Notes under the pieces: model-generated
The model's database searches: none
What the model was told of the DNA's origin: nothing
The model's input: only the letters and a program-made list of their open reading frames with translations
In this document: piece by piece, positions 61,344 to 64,000 of the stretch
Layout: each line of letters begins with the position of its first letter
Numbering within the stretch: the stretch's first letter is position 1
Made by a program: the position numbers and the translations under genes
Origin: Eledone cirrhosa
Lineage: Eukaryota
NCBI GenBank assembly: GCA_964016885.1
Contig: OZ024741.1
Coordinates: forward strand, 307,520,001 to 307,584,000
Length of the DNA stretch: 64,000 nucleotides
Direction: 5' to 3'

Positions 61344-63214
61344 TTACCTTTTCGTTTCCTGGAGATCGGGTTGTTCAATCTCCATTTGGGTGCTGGATGG
61401 GGTGTTGGGTGGGGTGAGGAAACCTTTCAACAGGACGCGGTTGATGGGTTTGTGGCAGGGGTTGCCCACGTCCTGTGAAAATTTAATTTTCAGGTCTTTA
61501 TAGGTTTCCATAGAAACCCTTATAAGTTTAAGGTGTGGAGACGATTCTGCCTTGACGAAAGTTTTGCCCTCCGTCTCCACCTTGGGGTTTTGGGAGATGA
61601 CCTCCATCAAACTCTTGTTGTTTGTGTTGATGTATGGGTATTGTTGTTTGTGTTTTTGTTGTATTGTTTTAGTTTGTTGTTCATCCGGGAGTTTTCTTTT
61701 TATGGTGGGTGCTTGTGTTTGGGGTGGTGTTGGTGCTGGTTTTGCTGATAGGGGGATGTTTGACTGTGGTGTTGTTTGTGTTGTTGTTTGTGTCTGTGGT
61801 TGTGTGTTGGTGTTGGTGATTGGAGTTTTGGGGGTTTTGTGGTGTCTCTTTTTTTTGTTTTTTGGATTTCCGCGGTTCTCCCTCTTCTTCACTTAAAGAA
61901 GGAGAAGCAGCTTCATCCGTCGATGAATAATCATCGTCAGGTGTGTGGGGTAAGGGTATGTTGTGTGGTGGTGGTGGTGTTTCGGTATGTGTGTTTGTGG
62001 TAGTGTTTGATGGAGTGGGATGGAGTGGGGCTGTGTTCTTCAGGGGTGTTGTCTCTGTTTTTTCTGTTGTTGTTGGTTGAGTGTCTGTTTGTTTTGGTGT
62101 GGTTGCTCGTTTCGTCTGTCGTTGTACTTGTGGTGGTGGTGGTGGTTGTTTTGGTGTTGGTGTTGGTAATAGCGTTTTTTTTATGATGTTGCTGTTGTGT
62201 GTTTGTGGACAAGAGGCTTTTAGGTGAGATGTGCTACCACAGCGAAAGCAGTGAAATTTTCTTCCTTCTACCGAAATGTTTATTTTGTTGTTATTATCAA
62301 TAACGACTCTTTCGGGTATTTTGGAGATTCTCTCCGGTTTCATTTGCAACAGAATCTCCAAATCGGTGCCCGCCCACCTTTGTCGAATGGATTTTCGTAT
62401 CGAAAGTATTATGTCTGTTTCTGGCTCTACGAAGTCAGCCAAGATCCACCAGATGTTAATGCTTGGAGGTATGTTTTTTATTTTTATTTTTCGTGTCCTT
62501 TTCCCCATGTATGTAGGGAAAAAGGTGTATGCTTTTGACACTATTGGTGTCACAGAGTTTTTTTGGGCCAGTGCCTCGCTTTTAAACAGTACGGAAACAC
62601 TTCCGTACTGTTTTCCTCGCTGGAGAAAATCGACATTTCCTAGAATCTCCTTGAAAGAATCTTCTATATCTGACTGATTAACAAATGTCGGTTTTCTTGA
62701 CGAATTTGACACAGTCCTAAAAGTGACTGATCGGCGGTTTGTGTCTTCCAAGGGGTGAGTTAATTCTAAACCCACCTCTTTCTTCGAAAGTTACAAATTT
62801 TCTCCCTTGCTGGAGCATATCTCTTGCGTTGGAGATATCAAGATTTATAAAATCTTGTTTCTTGTTGACTGTGTCAGCAAAAGACATTTTCTTTTTTTGT
62901 GTGATGTTGTTGTTAATAATGATGTTATCGTTGTTGGAAATTTTATGTGTAGATGTATCTGTAGAGTTGTTGATGTCTTTTTCATGTGTATGTATGTCAA
63001 TGGGTTTTTTTGCCGTGTTTTCCCGTGTGTTATTGTCATTTTTCTCCGCTTCGGCGGTAGAAATTGTAACATTTTCAAATGTTGATATATTTTTTTCTTT
63101 TGTGACAGTATCTATGGCAACGTCCATAGCAGCAGAAGCAGATATAACGTTAATATCTGCCTCTTTCTCTCTCTTTTCTCTATTAACGTTCTCCAGCGTT
63201 CTAGTGTTGCTCAA
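61344..63214 (-). pseudogene. Tx1 ORF1 (gag-like, zinc knuckle CFRCGSTSHLKASC), frameshifted
   Basis: Three overlapping ORFs: 62717-63214, 61681-62775 and 61344-61892. Confidence 0.8.
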
Positions 63215-63433
63215 GTTTTTTTTTACTTTGTAAAATTTGATATTTTAAAACAAACTTTTAAATAAAATTTTCGCCCCTATAGGGGCGAAAAATGGGATTA
63301 CCATCCAGCTGACAATTCAGCTTGGGGGTTAATCTACAAAGTGTTGTATTTTTTTCAAACAATTAGATCGGTTTTTTGCATAGAAATTAACAAAAAACTT
63401 ACCGGCGATATTCCACACGTTAGACAGAAAGAG

Positions 63434-63470
<37 letters not shown>

Positions 63471-63472
63471 TA

Positions 63473-63996
63473 TTTCTTTATTAGCCACAGGGGCACAAAA
63501 GAAGGGGACAAATACAAAGGGGGAAGTTTACATACAATAAAAACGTGTAAAATGTTATCACAGATGGAATTTAAAAGTTAGTCGATTTTCCCCAATAGAG
63601 GGAGACAGTTTATATGGGTAACACATACCCCCGAAAAAATGTGCAACCCTCATCTCCAGGAGTACGAAGAGCTTGTACTCCTTTCCTCTCCTCCTCCTTT
63701 TCCTCAATCTACAGGCTGACACAGAGAGAAGGCCCATTCACTCGGGCCATTCTCGCCACTTTCACCCACCTTTCATAAAACTTGCTGCGGTACAGCACCT
63801 CTCTCTCCATCCTGATTCTTCTTCCAAAGTGGTATTTGAAAAAAAGAATCAGTTGTTGGCCGGAGAGAAAGGTGTCTGACCTCAGCCCTTTCAACCTTGT
63901 CCACCATACAACCTCCTTCGCCATAGCTATCACACAAAGGAAAACCGCCTCTCCTTCGTTTTTGAAGGAGGGTGGCGGTTTGATCATGACAATGGA
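63473..63996 (-). mobile_element. Tx1 subfamily C 3' fragment, tandem upstream of the full-length copy
   Basis: Nearly identical to 6248-6773; 3' end runs into (TCTA)n at 63435-63472; the match stops at 63996, followed by TAGA. Confidence 0.9.
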
Positions 63997-64000
63997 TAGA

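Larger units (their letters stand above)
57974..63434 (-). mobile_element. Near full-length Tx1-clade LINE (subfamily A), flanked by (TCTA)n on both sides
   Basis: 5'UTR, ORF1 with a CCHC knuckle, ORF2 APE+RT, and a 3'UTR nearly identical to 1690-1920. Confidence 0.92.

Overview
Eukaryotic, AT-rich, microsatellite-saturated DNA, probably intronic or intergenic. A coleoid cephalopod (octopus-like) origin is inferred from the repeat landscape and is not proven. No host protein-coding gene can be supported; almost all long ORFs in the track are retroelement fragments or simple-repeat artefacts. The window is a retroelement graveyard partitioned by microsatellite type. (1) Five Tx1-clade LINE copies from three subfamilies all end AATAAAGAAA directly into (TCTA)n; one is nearly full length at 57974-63434 (-). 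(2) Four R4/Dong-like RLE retrotransposon fragments sit in (CATA)n. (3) Two copies of a ~600-bp RTE-derived 5'+3' non-autonomous element sit in (ATGT)n. (4) Many Penelope-like (PLE) remnants and fold-back elements sit in (TA)n, and I read by eye about 14 hammerhead ribozyme motifs from several distinct families. Also present are tRNA-derived SINEs, a tRNA-Asp derivative, an LTR with a tRNA-Trp primer-binding site, CRE and RTE fragments, a hAT MITE with an 8-bp TSD, a non-autonomous Helitron and large triplet-derived minisatellites. All alignments and folds were done by eye, so coordinates are approximate to a few bases.
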